Source: an uncultured Actinomycetota bacterium
Lineage (GTDB): Bacteria > Actinomycetota > Actinomycetes > Propionibacteriales > Nocardioidaceae
Assembly: GCA_963805345.1 (NCBI GenBank)
Contig: CAWDUA010000012.1
Coordinates: 503 to 64,502 of the forward strand
Length of the DNA: 64,000 nt
Direction of reading: 5' to 3'
Shown: positions 48,714-59,071 of the stretch, piece by piece
How positions within the stretch are numbered: the first letter of the stretch is position 1
How the letters are laid out: each line of letters begins with the position of its first letter
Position numbers and translations under genes: made by a program
The notes under the pieces: model-generated
What the model saw: only the letters and a program-made list of their open reading frames with translations
The model's database searches: none
What the model was told of the DNA's origin: nothing

Positions 48714-48782
48714 GTGGGGCAAGTGGGGCCAGTGGGGCCAGTGGGGCCAGTGGGGCCAGTGGGGCAAGTGGGGCCTAGTGGG
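48714..48782. repeat. 9-bp VNTR (GTGGGGCMA) x7
   Basis: Seven tandem units in the ddl / DUF3515 intergenic region. Confidence 0.95.
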
Positions 48783-48802
48783 TCGGTGGTGGCCGGTCGA
48801 CC

Positions 48803-49327
48803 TCAGTGACAGGGCTGGACGAGCTTCGCGTACTCCTTGACCATCGGCCCGAGCTCGACCATGACCGCCGCCAGTCCGCTCGGACGGTACGACGCGGGGA
48901 CGGTCACCTGCAGCACCGGACGGTAGCCCGCGGTCGACATCACCACGTCGGACGACTGGTCGTCGATCTGGGACCGGGGGACGAACCAGCCGACGCCATC
49001 GGCCACCGTGCACGCCGAGGTCCGTGAGAACTCCGCGGGCACGCCGGTCCCGCACTGCGCCACGATCGCCGGGTCGCCCCACGCGCCGCCCAGGGCGGCG
49101 GCGGGCTGGGTCTTGCGCCGGTCCTGGCCGGCCACGGTGTCGGGCAGCGCGTCCACGAGCCGCTGGCAGACGGCCTGGTCGGCCGGGGTGAGGCGGAGGG
49201 TGGGGATGCTGACCGGCTCCTTGCCGCAGGCCGTGAGCACCAGCCCCAGCGCGACGAGGGCGCAGGACACACGCGCGCCCCGGGCCGCGGACGGCCTGGG
49301 GCGCGGGCGCCGGTGGGATCCGGCCAA
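48803..49327 (-). CDS. DUF3515-like lipoprotein
   Basis: LTAC lipobox, CQRLVDALP, AWGDP..QCG, DGVGWF. Confidence 0.8.
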   Translation of the reverse strand: MAGSHRRPRPRPSAARGARVSCALVALGLVLTACGKEPVSIPTLRLTPADQAVCQRLVDALPDTVAGQDRRKTQPAAALGGAWGDPAIVAQCGTGVPAEFSRTSACTVADGVGWFVPRSQIDDQSSDVVMSTAGYRPVLQVTVPASYRPSGLAAVMVELGPMVKEYAKLVQPCH

Positions 49328-49328
49328 G

Positions 49329-49565
49329 TCAGATGTGGACGACGGGGCAGGTCAGGGTCCGGGTGATGCCGTCGAGGTTCTGCACCTTGGAGACCACGAG
49401 CTTGCCGAGCTCGTCGACGTTGCGGGCCTCGGCGCGCACGATCACGTCGTACGGGCCGGTCACGTCCTCTGCGAGAGTCACGCCCTTCACCTGGGCGATC
49501 GCACGGGCCACCTCGGCGGCCTTGCCCACGTCGGTCTGGATCAGGATGTACGCCTGGACGACCAT
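49329..49565 (-). CDS. Lrp/AsnC ligand-binding domain protein
   Basis: MVQAYILIQT..VTGPYDVIV..ITRTLTCPVV. Confidence 0.92.
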   Translation of the reverse strand: MVVQAYILIQTDVGKAAEVARAIAQVKGVTLAEDVTGPYDVIVRAEARNVDELGKLVVSKVQNLDGITRTLTCPVVHI

Positions 49566-49688
49566 GGTGTGTCTCCTCCGGAGTCGGATCACGATGCCGC
49601 GCACAACCTACCGCGCGCCCTCCGGGCTCGACAGGTCGCCCGCCCGGGGGAGCGGCCGCCGGCGGTGCCCATCTGGTGGGATGGCCCC

Positions 49689-50633
49689 ATGTCCTTCCCA
49701 GCTGACGCGACCGTGTCCGAGGCCGGCGAGTTCCCGTTGATCGACCGACTCCGCGACCTGTTCCCGCAGGGGGAGCAGGTACTGGTCGGCCCCGGGGACG
49801 ACGCCGCAGTGCTGCGGATCCGCAACGGGCACGTCGTGGTGTCCACCGACGTGCTCGTCGAGGGGCGCCACTTCCGGCGCGAGTGGGCCTCCGCCGAGGA
49901 CATCGGCCACCGGGCCGCGGCCGCGAACCTCTCCGATGTCAACGCCATGGGCGGCCGCGCCCACTCGCTCACCATCGGGCTGGCAGCGCCGCGTGACCTG
50001 CCCGCCCAGTGGGCGCTGGACTTCGCTCGGGGGTTCGCCGAGGAGTGTGCGCTCGTGGATGCCAGTGTCGTGGGGGGAGACCTGACCTCGGCCGACCAGG
50101 TGGTCGTCGCGGTGACGGTCCTCGGGTCGTGCCTGCAGTCGCCCGTGCTCCGGTCCGGTGCGGAGCCGGGCGACGTGCTCGCGCTGACCGGCCGCCAGGG
50201 CTGGGCCGCGGGCGGGCTGGCGGTCCTCGGCCGCGGGTTCCGGTCGCCCCGCGTCCTCGTCGAGGCCTACCGCCGTCCCGAGCCGCCGTACGACGCGGGT
50301 CCGGCCGCTGCTGAGGCCGGCGCCCACGCGATGATCGACGTCTCCGACGGGCTGCTGGCCGAGGCTCGGCACCTGGCCGAGGCATCAGGTGTCGCGATCG
50401 ACGTACGCCGCGACGCCTTCGAGATCGCCGAGCCGCTGCAGGCCGTCGGCGCGGCTCTGGGCGCCGACCCGATCCAGTTCATCCTGGGCGGGGGAGACGA
50501 CCATGCACTGCTGGCGGCCTTCCCCGATGCGGCGCCCGACGGCTGGCAGGTGATCGGCTCCGTCAGCGACGGGACGGGCGTCACCGTCGACGGCGCGCCG
50601 TACGACGGGCCGACGGGCTGGACGCACTTCTGA
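49689..50633 (+). CDS. thiL: Thiamine-monophosphate kinase
   Basis: GEFPLI, GPGDDAA, NLSDVNAMG, MIDVSDGL, GGDDH. Confidence 0.96.
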   Translation: MSFPADATVSEAGEFPLIDRLRDLFPQGEQVLVGPGDDAAVLRIRNGHVVVSTDVLVEGRHFRREWASAEDIGHRAAAANLSDVNAMGGRAHSLTIGLAAPRDLPAQWALDFARGFAEECALVDASVVGGDLTSADQVVVAVTVLGSCLQSPVLRSGAEPGDVLALTGRQGWAAGGLAVLGRGFRSPRVLVEAYRRPEPPYDAGPAAAEAGAHAMIDVSDGLLAEARHLAEASGVAIDVRRDAFEIAEPLQAVGAALGADPIQFILGGGDDHALLAAFPDAAPDGWQVIGSVSDGTGVTVDGAPYDGPTGWTHF

Positions 50634-50647
50634 GCCACAGGCGCCCC

Positions 50648-50737
50648 GGGTTCACCATGTGAACATGGTGAACCCCGGCTTCACACGGCGAACTCACCAT
50701 GAGAAGCCCGGTTTCACCATGTGACCATGGTGAAGCA
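50648..50737. repeat. REP-like palindromic intergenic element, copy 2
   Basis: GGGTTCACCATG..CATGGTGAACCC; CTTCACACGG.GA.CTCACCATGAGAA shared with 39851-39942. Confidence 0.8.
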
Positions 50738-50761
50738 GTGACGGAACCCCACGCAGCACGA

Positions 50762-50790
50762 AGCCCCGGACACCAGCGGCGTCCGGGGCT
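50762..50790 (-). terminator. Hairpin downstream of rpmB
   Basis: AGCCCCGGAC-N9-GTCCGGGGCT. Confidence 0.7.
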
Positions 50791-50803
50791 CGGTCGGATC
50801 GGA

Positions 50804-50989
50804 TCAGCGGGTGACCTTGCCGGCCTTCAGGCAGCCGGTGCACACGTTGAGGCGCGTGCGGGTGCCGTTGACCGTGGCGCGGACCCGCTGGATGTTGGGG
50901 TCGAAGCGGCGCTTGGTGATCTTCTTCGACCACGGCCGGTTGTTGCCGAAGCCCGGCTTCTTGGCGCAGATGTCGCAGACGGCAGCCAC
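50804..50989 (-). CDS. rpmB: 50S ribosomal protein L28
   Basis: AAVCDICAKKPGFGNN..KRRFDPNIQRV..CTGCLKAGKV. Confidence 0.97.
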   Translation of the reverse strand: MAAVCDICAKKPGFGNNRPWSKKITKRRFDPNIQRVRATVNGTRTRLNVCTGCLKAGKVTR

Positions 50990-51171
50990 GGGAGCACTCC
51001 TGGAGTCGAGGGTGGAACGGGCCCGCTGGTGTGAGTGTCGAAGCGGGCAACCGGAAGAGAATATCCGACGCAGCCGCTCGGGCACGAATCGAGCGGCCGC
51101 CGGCACCACTACCCTGGCACCCCGGCGGTCGGGACCAGGCGCCGGCACCCCACGACAGCGCTAGGCAGGCC

Positions 51172-52809
51172 ATGGAAGCACCGACCGGCAGCGGCATCGA
51201 GCTCGCCGTCGTACGGCGCTTCGTGGACGTCGCCGTCGATGCCCTCGCCGACGCGCGCGAGGAGATCGACGCCCTCAACGTCTATCCGGTGCCCGATGGC
51301 GACACCGGCACGAACATGTACCTCACGATGAGCGCCGCCCGCGACTCCATCCACGAGGCCGCGGCGCAGGACGCAGACCTCCACGTCGCGCTGACGGCGT
51401 TCCGCCGGGGCGCGCTGCTCGGCGCCCGCGGCAACAGCGGCGTCATCCTCAGCCAGATGCTCGGCGCCATCGCGCTCCGGATCGCCCGCGCCACCCCCGA
51501 GGAGCAGCACGCCACCGTGATGGCCGAGGCGATGGCCGAGGCCACGGAGGCCAGCTACGCCGCCGTCGGTACGCCGGTCGAGGGCACGATCCTGACCGTC
51601 GCGGGCGCCGCCTCCGACGCCGCCGTACGACGTGCGGCACAGTCCCGCGCCCGGGCTCGCGACGTCTTCACGGCCGCCGCCGAGGCGGCGCGGGAGGCGC
51701 TCCTCCGCACGCCCCAGCAGCTCCGCCAGCTCCGCGAGGCGGGCGTCGTCGACGCAGGCGGGCGCGGCCTCTGCGTCGTCCTCGACGCGGCCGAGTCGGT
51801 GCTCACGGGGCGGCGCCGGATCGCCTGGCACCATCCGCTCGGCGTACCGACGATCCCGGTGACCACCGACGTCGCCGACCTGACCGAGGGCGGCCCCTCG
51901 TACGAGGTCATGTATCTCCTCGACAGCGACGACCGGGCCGCCGTCGAGCGGCTCAAGCGCGACCTGGCACCCCTCGGCGACTCGCTCGTCGTCGTCGGCG
52001 GCGAGGGCCTGTGGAACGTCCACGTCCACGTCGACGACGTCGGGGCCGCCATCGAGGCCGGCATCACCGCCGGCCGGCCGCACCGGATCCGGGTGACGCA
52101 CTTCGCCGAGCAGGTCGAGGCGGCCGCCCAGCGAGCCGAGGAACGTGCGGGCCGCCGGATCGTCGCGGTGGCGGCCGGGCCGGGTCTCGCGCGTCTCTTC
52201 GGTGACGCGGGTGCGATCGTGATCGAGGGTGCCCCGGGACGGCGTCCCTCGACCGGCATGCTGCTGGAAGCCGTCGTGGGCTCGGGTGCGGCCGAGGTCG
52301 TGATCCTGCCCAACGACCCGGACTCCGTGCGCGCCGCCCAGATCGCGGCCCGCACCGCGGAGGAGGACCACGCCGTCCGGGTCGCGGTGATCCCGACGGA
52401 GGCACAGGTGCAGGGCCTCGCCGCCCTCGCCGTGCACGAGCCGGCCCGCACCTTCGACGCCGACGTGCTCGAGATGACCGCGACCGCGCGCCACACCCGC
52501 CACGGCGCGGTGACCGTCGCGGCCAAGCAGGCGATGACGATGGCCGGCCCGTGCGAGCCCGGGGACGTGCTCGGTGTCGTCGCCGGTGACTTCGCCGTCG
52601 TCGGCGACGACCTGGCGGGCGTCGCCGTCGAGGTCCTGGAACGTCTGCTGGGCGGCGGCGGCGAGCTCGTCACTCTGGTCGGCGGCGCCGGCGGCAACGG
52701 CCTGGCACAGCACTGCGAGGACTACATCGCCCGCCGCCACGCCCATGTCGACGTCGTGGTGTACGACGGTGGGCAGGACCGCTACCCCCTCCTGATGTCC
52801 GTGGAGTGA
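51172..52809 (+). CDS. DAK2 domain / fatty acid kinase-like protein
   Basis: LNVYPVPDGDTGTNM, ARGNSGVILSQ, EGTILTV, DAGG. Confidence 0.95.
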   Translation: MEAPTGSGIELAVVRRFVDVAVDALADAREEIDALNVYPVPDGDTGTNMYLTMSAARDSIHEAAAQDADLHVALTAFRRGALLGARGNSGVILSQMLGAIALRIARATPEEQHATVMAEAMAEATEASYAAVGTPVEGTILTVAGAASDAAVRRAAQSRARARDVFTAAAEAAREALLRTPQQLRQLREAGVVDAGGRGLCVVLDAAESVLTGRRRIAWHHPLGVPTIPVTTDVADLTEGGPSYEVMYLLDSDDRAAVERLKRDLAPLGDSLVVVGGEGLWNVHVHVDDVGAAIEAGITAGRPHRIRVTHFAEQVEAAAQRAEERAGRRIVAVAAGPGLARLFGDAGAIVIEGAPGRRPSTGMLLEAVVGSGAAEVVILPNDPDSVRAAQIAARTAEEDHAVRVAVIPTEAQVQGLAALAVHEPARTFDADVLEMTATARHTRHGAVTVAAKQAMTMAGPCEPGDVLGVVAGDFAVVGDDLAGVAVEVLERLLGGGGELVTLVGGAGGNGLAQHCEDYIARRHAHVDVVVYDGGQDRYPLLMSVE

Positions 52810-52816
52810 CCGCTCG

Positions 52817-55060
52817 ATGATCGATCTCGACTCACCCGTCGCCTCGGTGCTCGGTGCCCAGACCAAGCAGGGCAAGGCCAAGAAGATCACCGACGGTCTC
52901 GGGCTCCGCACGGTGGGCGACCTGCTCCACCACTTCCCCCGCCGCTACGTGCCCACCGGCGAGCTGACCAAGGTCGAGGAGCTCCACGACGGCGAGATGC
53001 TGACCGTGGTCGGCGAGATCGTCGAGAGCGAGGTGCACCAGTACCACGACCGACGTACGCATCGGCAGGCCTACCGCCTCGACACCACCCTCTCGACCGA
53101 CGGGCCTTCGCTCCGGATGTCGTTCTTCGCCAAGGCCAAGCACGTCAGTGACTGGCACGCCCGGCGCCTGCCGGTCGGCAGGCGCGGCATCTTCATCGGC
53201 CAGGTCAGCAGCTTCCGCGGCAGGTGGCAGCTGACCAACCCGACCATGGCGCTGTTCGGCCCAGGGGACGCCGACGACGCCGACGAGACGTTCGGAGCAG
53301 CGGTGGCGTCCATCAAGGCGCTGTTCCCGCTCTACCCCCAGACCAAGGGCGTCGACTCGTGGGACCTGCAGCGCGCGATCGCCTTCGCCCTCACGGTCGT
53401 CGACGACGTCGTCGACCCGCTGCCGGCCGACGTGCGCGACGAGCACGATCTGCCCGACCTGGTGACAGCCTTCCGGCACGTCCACTCGCCCGACTCGTGG
53501 GCGCAGGTCACGGCAGCCCAGCGCCGCTTCCGCTTCGACGAGGCACTGGTGACCCAGCTGGTGCTGGCTCGGCGCAGGGCGGAGCTGGCCGAGCTCGGCG
53601 GCCAGGCCCGCACCGGGGGAGGCGGCCTGCTCGCGGCCTTCGACGAGCGGCTGCCGTTCACCCTCACCCGCGGTCAGCAGGCGGTGTCGGCCGAGATCGA
53701 GGCCGACCTCGCGCGTCCCCACCCGATGAACCGCCTGCTCCAGGGTGAGGTCGGGTCCGGCAAGACCCTCGTCGCGCTCCGTGCGATGCTCCGGGTGGTC
53801 GACTCCGGTGGCCAGTCCGCGCTCCTCGCGCCGACCGAGGTGCTCGCCCAGCAGCACCTCCGGTCGATCACCGCGATGCTCGGCGACCTCGCTGCCGGAG
53901 GCATGCTCGGCGGCCACGCCGAGGCGACGACGGTCGTCCTGCTGACCGGCTCGATGCCGAAGTCGGCGCGGTCCGAGGCGATGCTCCGGGCGGCCAGCGG
54001 CGAGGCCGGGATCGTGATCGGCACCCACGCCCTCCTGCAGGAGCACGTGCAGTTCGCCGACCTCGGCCTCGTCGTCGTGGACGAGCAGCATCGCTTCGGG
54101 GTCGAGCAGCGCGCAGCGCTCACCGACAAGGCCGGCACCCCGCCCCACGTCCTCGTGATGACCGCGACCCCGATCCCGCGCACCGTCGCGATGACCGTGT
54201 TCGGCGACCTCGAGGTCTCCACGCTGACCGAGCTGCCGGCGGGCCGCGCGGCCATCCAGACGAACGTCGTACCCCTCGCCGACCAGCCCCACTGGGTCGA
54301 CCGGGTGTGGGGCCGCGTGCGCGAGGAGGCCGAGCGAGGCCACCAGGTGTACGTCGTGTGCCCGCGCATCGCGGGCGACGAGCTCGAGCAGGGCGAGTCC
54401 GACCTGCCGGACGACCTGGAGGAGGGAGGCAACCGAGCAGCCCCGATCCGCCTCAGTGCTGCCGAGGAGGTCGTCGAGGAGCTCCGTGCCGGACCACTCG
54501 CCGGGCTGCGGCTCGGCCTGCTCCACGGCCGGCTGTCCCCCGACGACAAGGACCGCACGATGCGGGCGTTCGCCGCCGGAGAGATCGACGTCCTGGTGTC
54601 GACGACCGTGATCGAGGTCGGGGTCGACGTCGCCAACGCCACGACCATGGTCCTGCTGGACGCAGACCGCTTCGGGATCTCCCAGCTCCACCAGCTGCGT
54701 GGCCGGGTGGGCCGAGGTGGCCTGCCCGGACTGTGCCTGCTGGTGACCAGGGCACCGGCCGACACCCCCGCGCGCGAGCGCCTCGACGCGGTCGCCGCGA
54801 CGACCGACGGGTTCGAGCTCAGCCGGGTCGACCTGGAGCAGCGCCGCGAGGGCGACGTCCTCGGCCGCGCGCAGTCCGGCTTCCGCAGCTCCCTGCAGAA
54901 CCTCCGCGTCCTGCGCGACGAGCGGACGATCGTGGAGGCGCGCGGGGTCGCGATCGCACTGCTGGCGGCCGATCCCGCGCTCGATCAGGCTCCCGAGCTG
55001 CGGCGGCGGGTGACAGAACTGCAGGAGTCACGGCAGTCTGACTACATGGAGAAGTCATGA
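52817..55060 (+). CDS. recG: ATP-dependent DNA helicase RecG
   Basis: RLLQGEVGSGKT, DEQHRFG, QLHQLRGRVGR. Confidence 0.98.
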   Translation: MIDLDSPVASVLGAQTKQGKAKKITDGLGLRTVGDLLHHFPRRYVPTGELTKVEELHDGEMLTVVGEIVESEVHQYHDRRTHRQAYRLDTTLSTDGPSLRMSFFAKAKHVSDWHARRLPVGRRGIFIGQVSSFRGRWQLTNPTMALFGPGDADDADETFGAAVASIKALFPLYPQTKGVDSWDLQRAIAFALTVVDDVVDPLPADVRDEHDLPDLVTAFRHVHSPDSWAQVTAAQRRFRFDEALVTQLVLARRRAELAELGGQARTGGGGLLAAFDERLPFTLTRGQQAVSAEIEADLARPHPMNRLLQGEVGSGKTLVALRAMLRVVDSGGQSALLAPTEVLAQQHLRSITAMLGDLAAGGMLGGHAEATTVVLLTGSMPKSARSEAMLRAASGEAGIVIGTHALLQEHVQFADLGLVVVDEQHRFGVEQRAALTDKAGTPPHVLVMTATPIPRTVAMTVFGDLEVSTLTELPAGRAAIQTNVVPLADQPHWVDRVWGRVREEAERGHQVYVVCPRIAGDELEQGESDLPDDLEEGGNRAAPIRLSAAEEVVEELRAGPLAGLRLGLLHGRLSPDDKDRTMRAFAAGEIDVLVSTTVIEVGVDVANATTMVLLDADRFGISQLHQLRGRVGRGGLPGLCLLVTRAPADTPARERLDAVAATTDGFELSRVDLEQRREGDVLGRAQSGFRSSLQNLRVLRDERTIVEARGVAIALLAADPALDQAPELRRRVTELQESRQSDYMEKS

Positions 55061-55097
55061 CGGCCTGCTCCACGTCTCTCGGGGTCACGACGAGACC

Positions 55098-55664
55098 ATG
55101 ACGCGGATCATCGGGGGATCGGCGGGCGGGCGGCGGATCTCGACGCCGCGCGGCGCCCACACACGTCCCACGAGTGACCGCGTCCGCGAAGCGCTCTTCT
55201 CCGCCGTCGAGTCGTGGTGCGGCTCGCTGTCGGGGCTCCGGTTCCTCGACCTCTACGCCGGGTCCGGCGCTGTCGGCCTCGAAGCGTGGTCTCGTGGGGC
55301 GGGGGTGGTCACGCTCGTCGAGCACGACCGCCGTACCGCGACGTTGATCGCCGGCAACGCCCGCTCCCTGGGCTACACCCGGGCCCAGGTGGTGGCGTCC
55401 CCGGTCGCCACGGCGCTGCTCCGCCCGCCCTCGGCGCCCTACGACGTGGTGTTCCTCGACCCGCCGTACGCCCATCCGAGCTCCTCGGTCGTCGCCGACC
55501 TGGTCGCGCTGCGCGACCAGGGTTGGCTCGTCCCGGGCGCGATGGTGGTCGTCGAGCGGGGGTCCCGCGCCGCCGAGCCGCTGTGGCCGGAGGGCTTCGA
55601 CGGCAGCCGGCAGAAGAAGTACGGCGAGACCATGCTCTGGTACGTTCACGCCGCCCCCCTGTAA
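55098..55664 (+). CDS. rsmD: 16S rRNA m2G966 methyltransferase
   Basis: TRPTSDRVREALF, DLYAGSG, FLDPPY. Confidence 0.96.
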   Translation: MTRIIGGSAGGRRISTPRGAHTRPTSDRVREALFSAVESWCGSLSGLRFLDLYAGSGAVGLEAWSRGAGVVTLVEHDRRTATLIAGNARSLGYTRAQVVASPVATALLRPPSAPYDVVFLDPPYAHPSSSVVADLVALRDQGWLVPGAMVVVERGSRAAEPLWPEGFDGSRQKKYGETMLWYVHAAPL

Positions 55665-55704
55665 CCGGACCCAGCCGTCCCCGGACGGACCCGAGGAGGC
55701 CTTC

Positions 55705-56196
55705 GTGCGCCGCGCCGTCTGCCCCGGGTCGTTCGACCCGGTCACCAACGGGCACCTCGACATCGTCCAGCGGGCCGCGTCGCTCTTCGACGAGGTCGTG
55801 GTCGCAGTCGGGGTCAACCAGTCCAAACATCGCCTGTTCACCGCCGACGAGCGGCTGGCCATGCTCCGGCGCGCGGTCGGCCACCTTCCGAACGTGTCGG
55901 TCGAGGGCTTCACCGGCCTGCTCACCACGTTCTGCGCCGAGCGCGACATCCAGGCGATCGTGAAGGGCCTGCGAGCGGTCAGCGACTTCGACTACGAGCT
56001 CCAGATGGCTCAGATGAACGCGTCGCTCACCGACGTGGAGACCGTGTTCGTCCCGACCAGTCCCGAGTGGTCGTTCCTGGCCTCCTCGCTGGTCAAGGAG
56101 GTCGCGTCGTACGGCGGCGACGTCTCGGGCCTGGTCCCCGACTTCGTCCACGAGGCGCTGGTCGCGCGCGTGCAGGAGGCACACCCCCAGGGGTGA
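55705..56196 (+). CDS. coaD: Phosphopantetheine adenylyltransferase
   Basis: PGSFDPVTNGH, KGLRAVSDFDYE. Confidence 0.98.
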   Translation: MRRAVCPGSFDPVTNGHLDIVQRAASLFDEVVVAVGVNQSKHRLFTADERLAMLRRAVGHLPNVSVEGFTGLLTTFCAERDIQAIVKGLRAVSDFDYELQMAQMNASLTDVETVFVPTSPEWSFLASSLVKEVASYGGDVSGLVPDFVHEALVARVQEAHPQG

Positions 56197-56256
56197 GCAT
56201 CGCGCTGCGTTTTGCCGCTGCGACACGCGGGTGGATACGATGACCGCTGATCTGTT

Positions 56257-56832
56257 GTGCCCGAAACCGGAAGTGGACCCCTGAGCAAACTGGACCCGAG
56301 AGCGCCGCTCGTGCTCGATACACGCGAGCTCGGTCGCCGCCCGGGGTCCCAGCGCGAAGTGGTGCGGTCGGTGCCGGCTCCAGCAGATCTGGGCATCGAG
56401 GTTCTCCGTGTCCCCGAAGGTACGCCGGTCGAGCTCGACCTGCGCACCGAGGCGGTCATGGAGGGCGTCCTGGTCACGGGCACGGCGCGAGCCGTGCTCG
56501 AGGGTGAGTGCGCGCGGTGCCTGGAGCCGATCTCCGACGAGATCGAGGTGAGGTTCCAGGAGCTGTTCGTGTACGACGACCGCGAGGTCGACCCTGACGA
56601 GGAGCTCGAGGTCAGCAAGCTCCAGGACGACCTGGTCGACCTGGAGCCACTGCTGCGGGACGCGGTGGTGCTCGCACTGCCGTTCCAGCCGCTGTGCCGA
56701 GACGACTGTCCCGGGTTGTGCGCCGAGTGCGGTGCGCGGCTCGCGGACGACCCGGACCACACGCACGGCGAGCCGGTGGACCCGCGGTGGGCGGCCCTGG
56801 CCACGCTGACCGAGCCCGAGCAGGACGAGTAG
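56257..56832 (+). CDS. YceD/DUF177 family protein
   Basis: [27 protein letters not shown]. Confidence 0.93.
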   Translation: MPETGSGPLSKLDPRAPLVLDTRELGRRPGSQREVVRSVPAPADLGIEVLRVPEGTPVELDLRTEAVMEGVLVTGTARAVLEGECARCLEPISDEIEVRFQELFVYDDREVDPDEELEVSKLQDDLVDLEPLLRDAVVLALPFQPLCRDDCPGLCAECGARLADDPDHTHGEPVDPRWAALATLTEPEQDE

Positions 56833-56877
56833 TCCGGAAAACCCCGGTCCCCTGGGCCGATCGACGAGGAGAGAACA

Positions 56878-57063
56878 GTGGCAGTCCCGAAGCGGAAGAT
56901 GTCGCGCAGCAACACGCGCCACCGGCGTTCGCAGTGGAAGGCCGTCGCGCCGACCCTGGTGACCTGCGCCAACCCCGCGTGCGGTGCCAAGCACCTGCCC
57001 CACCGCGCCTGCGGCACGTGCGGCCAGTACGGCGCGCGCGGCGCCCGTCGCCAGGTCCTCTGA
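56878..57063 (+). CDS. rpmF: 50S ribosomal protein L32
   Basis: [17 protein letters not shown]. Confidence 0.97.
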   Translation: MAVPKRKMSRSNTRHRRSQWKAVAPTLVTCANPACGAKHLPHRACGTCGQYGARGARRQVL

Positions 57064-57074
57064 CACCCGGTCCG

Positions 57075-57788
57075 CTGAACTACGGCCCGCTCCGTAGCGC
57101 GCTCGGCGATCCCACACTCGACGCCGAGCTGCTCGAGCGCGCCCTGACCCACCGCTCCTACGCCTACGAGCACGGCGGACTGCCGACCAACGAGCGGCTG
57201 GAGTTCCTCGGGGACTCGGTCCTCGGCGTGGTCGTCACCGAGACGCTCTACCGCACGCACCCCGATCTCTCCGAGGGCCACCTGGCCAAGCTCCGGGCGG
57301 CCGTCGTCAACGCGCGTGCGCTGGCCGGGGTCGGGCGTGCCATCAAGCTCGGCGACTACATCAAGCTGGGCCGTGGGGAAGACACCACCGGCGGCCGGGA
57401 GAAGGCCTCGATCCTCTCCGACACCGTCGAGGCCGTGATCGGCGCCGTCCACCTCTCCGGCGGCCTGGAGAGCTCCGCCCAGGTCGTCCACCTGCTCTTC
57501 GACCCGCTGATCGTGGCGGCGTCGGCGATGGGCGCCGGGCTCGACTGGAAGACCTCGCTCCAGGAGCTCTCCGCCGAGCACGGCCTCGGGGTGCCCGAGT
57601 ACCTCATCCAGGACGAGGGCCCCGACCACATGAAGACCTTCACCGCTCAGGTGCGGGTCGGGGAGAACCGCTACGGCAACGGCGTCGGCCGCTCCAAGAA
57701 GGAGGCCGAGCAGGCCGCCGCGGAGACGGCGTACGGCGAGCTGGCGGTGACCCTCGGCGTCGATGCCGACCTGCCCCTGTCCGACTGA
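57075..57788 (+). CDS. rnc: Ribonuclease III (start codon uncertain)
   Basis: [37 protein letters not shown]. Confidence 0.96.
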   Translation: MNYGPLRSALGDPTLDAELLERALTHRSYAYEHGGLPTNERLEFLGDSVLGVVVTETLYRTHPDLSEGHLAKLRAAVVNARALAGVGRAIKLGDYIKLGRGEDTTGGREKASILSDTVEAVIGAVHLSGGLESSAQVVHLLFDPLIVAASAMGAGLDWKTSLQELSAEHGLGVPEYLIQDEGPDHMKTFTAQVRVGENRYGNGVGRSKKEAEQAAAETAYGELAVTLGVDADLPLSD

Positions 57789-57791
57789 CGC

Positions 57792-58652
57792 GTGCCGGAG
57801 CTGCCCGAGGTCGAGACCGTCCGCGACGGTCTCGAGCGTCATGTCGTCGGCCGCACCGTCGAGGCGGTCACCGTGCTCCACCCGCGCCCCGTGCGCCGTG
57901 ACCCTCGCGGACCGGCCGGCTTCGCGTCCGCGCTCACCGGCCGCCGGTTCCTGGCCGCGCGTCGTCGTGGCAAGTACCTCTGGCTCCCGCTCGACAACGG
58001 CGACGCGCTGCTGGGCCACCTCGGCATGAGCGGTCAGCTCGTCGTCCAGCCACCTGAGGCGCCAGTCGAGCGCCACCTGCGGGTCTGCTTCGAGCTGGGC
58101 GACCGACAGCTGCGGTTCGTCGACCAGCGGATGTTCGGCGGCCTGTCCGTCTCCGACGGGGGAGCGGAGCTGCCGCCGGAGATCGCCCACATCGCTCGCG
58201 ACCCGTTCGACCCCGACTTCGACGACGACCGGTTCGTCGGGCGCGTGCGCCGACGGACCGCCGGCATCAAGCGGCTGCTGCTCGACCAGACCCTCATCTC
58301 GGGCGTCGGCAACATCTACGCCGACGAGGCACTGTGGCGGGCCGAGCTGCACGGCGAACGGCCGGGCGACCGGCTCCGCCCGATCGAGATCCGCCGGGTC
58401 CTGGCCGAGGCGCGGGCGGTGATGGGGGCTGCCCTGGTGCAGGGCGGGACGAGCTTCGACGCCCTCTACGTCAACGTGAACGGGGAGTCGGGCTACTTCG
58501 ACCGGTCGCTGCACGCCTACGGTCGCGAGGGCCTGCCGTGCGACCGCTGCGGGACGCCGATCCGACGGGTCGAGTTCATGAACCGCTCGTCGTTCTTCTG
58601 CCCCCGCTGTCAACCGGCCCCGCGGGCGCGCAGGGTGCCCGGGCGGGTTTGA
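57792..58652 (+). CDS. mutM: Formamidopyrimidine-DNA glycosylase
   Basis: [24 protein letters not shown]-terminal zinc finger. Confidence 0.98.
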   Translation: MPELPEVETVRDGLERHVVGRTVEAVTVLHPRPVRRDPRGPAGFASALTGRRFLAARRRGKYLWLPLDNGDALLGHLGMSGQLVVQPPEAPVERHLRVCFELGDRQLRFVDQRMFGGLSVSDGGAELPPEIAHIARDPFDPDFDDDRFVGRVRRRTAGIKRLLLDQTLISGVGNIYADEALWRAELHGERPGDRLRPIEIRRVLAEARAVMGAALVQGGTSFDALYVNVNGESGYFDRSLHAYGREGLPCDRCGTPIRRVEFMNRSSFFCPRCQPAPRARRVPGRV

Positions 58653-58747
58653 CGCGGGCGAGATTGACCGGGGCCGACCGAGGTGTCACTCTTGAAGACG
58701 GCCCCCTCGAACCTGGCGGGTTCCCCCACGTCGGAAGGCTCCTATCC

Positions 58748-58954
58748 ATGGCCAAGGCTCTGATCGGCCATCTGCAGCAAGATCGCGGCCTCCCCGCCCG
58801 GCTGGCCGCCGACAACGCCCAGCTGCGAGTCAGGGTCGCTGAGCTGGAAGCGTTGGTCACCCGGTTGATGGAAGAGAACGACCGGTTGGCTGTCGCCCAG
58901 GCGGCGCACGTGCTCGACCTCGAGCCCGACCAGCTGGAGATGCAACCGGCCTGA
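58748..58954 (+). CDS. Small coiled-coil hypothetical protein
   Basis: MAKALIGH..LRVRVAELEA..ENDRL. Confidence 0.75.
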   Translation: MAKALIGHLQQDRGLPARLAADNAQLRVRVAELEALVTRLMEENDRLAVAQAAHVLDLEPDQLEMQPA

Positions 58955-59071
58955 CCCGCGAGGGTCACCGGTCCGCCCACCCGGGCGCGCCCCGTCAGGA
59001 GCACGCGCCCGGACCCTGCGACCTCACCCGGTTGTGTCGTGGTGTCCGCGCCCGCCCGCTAGCGTGGCCCC

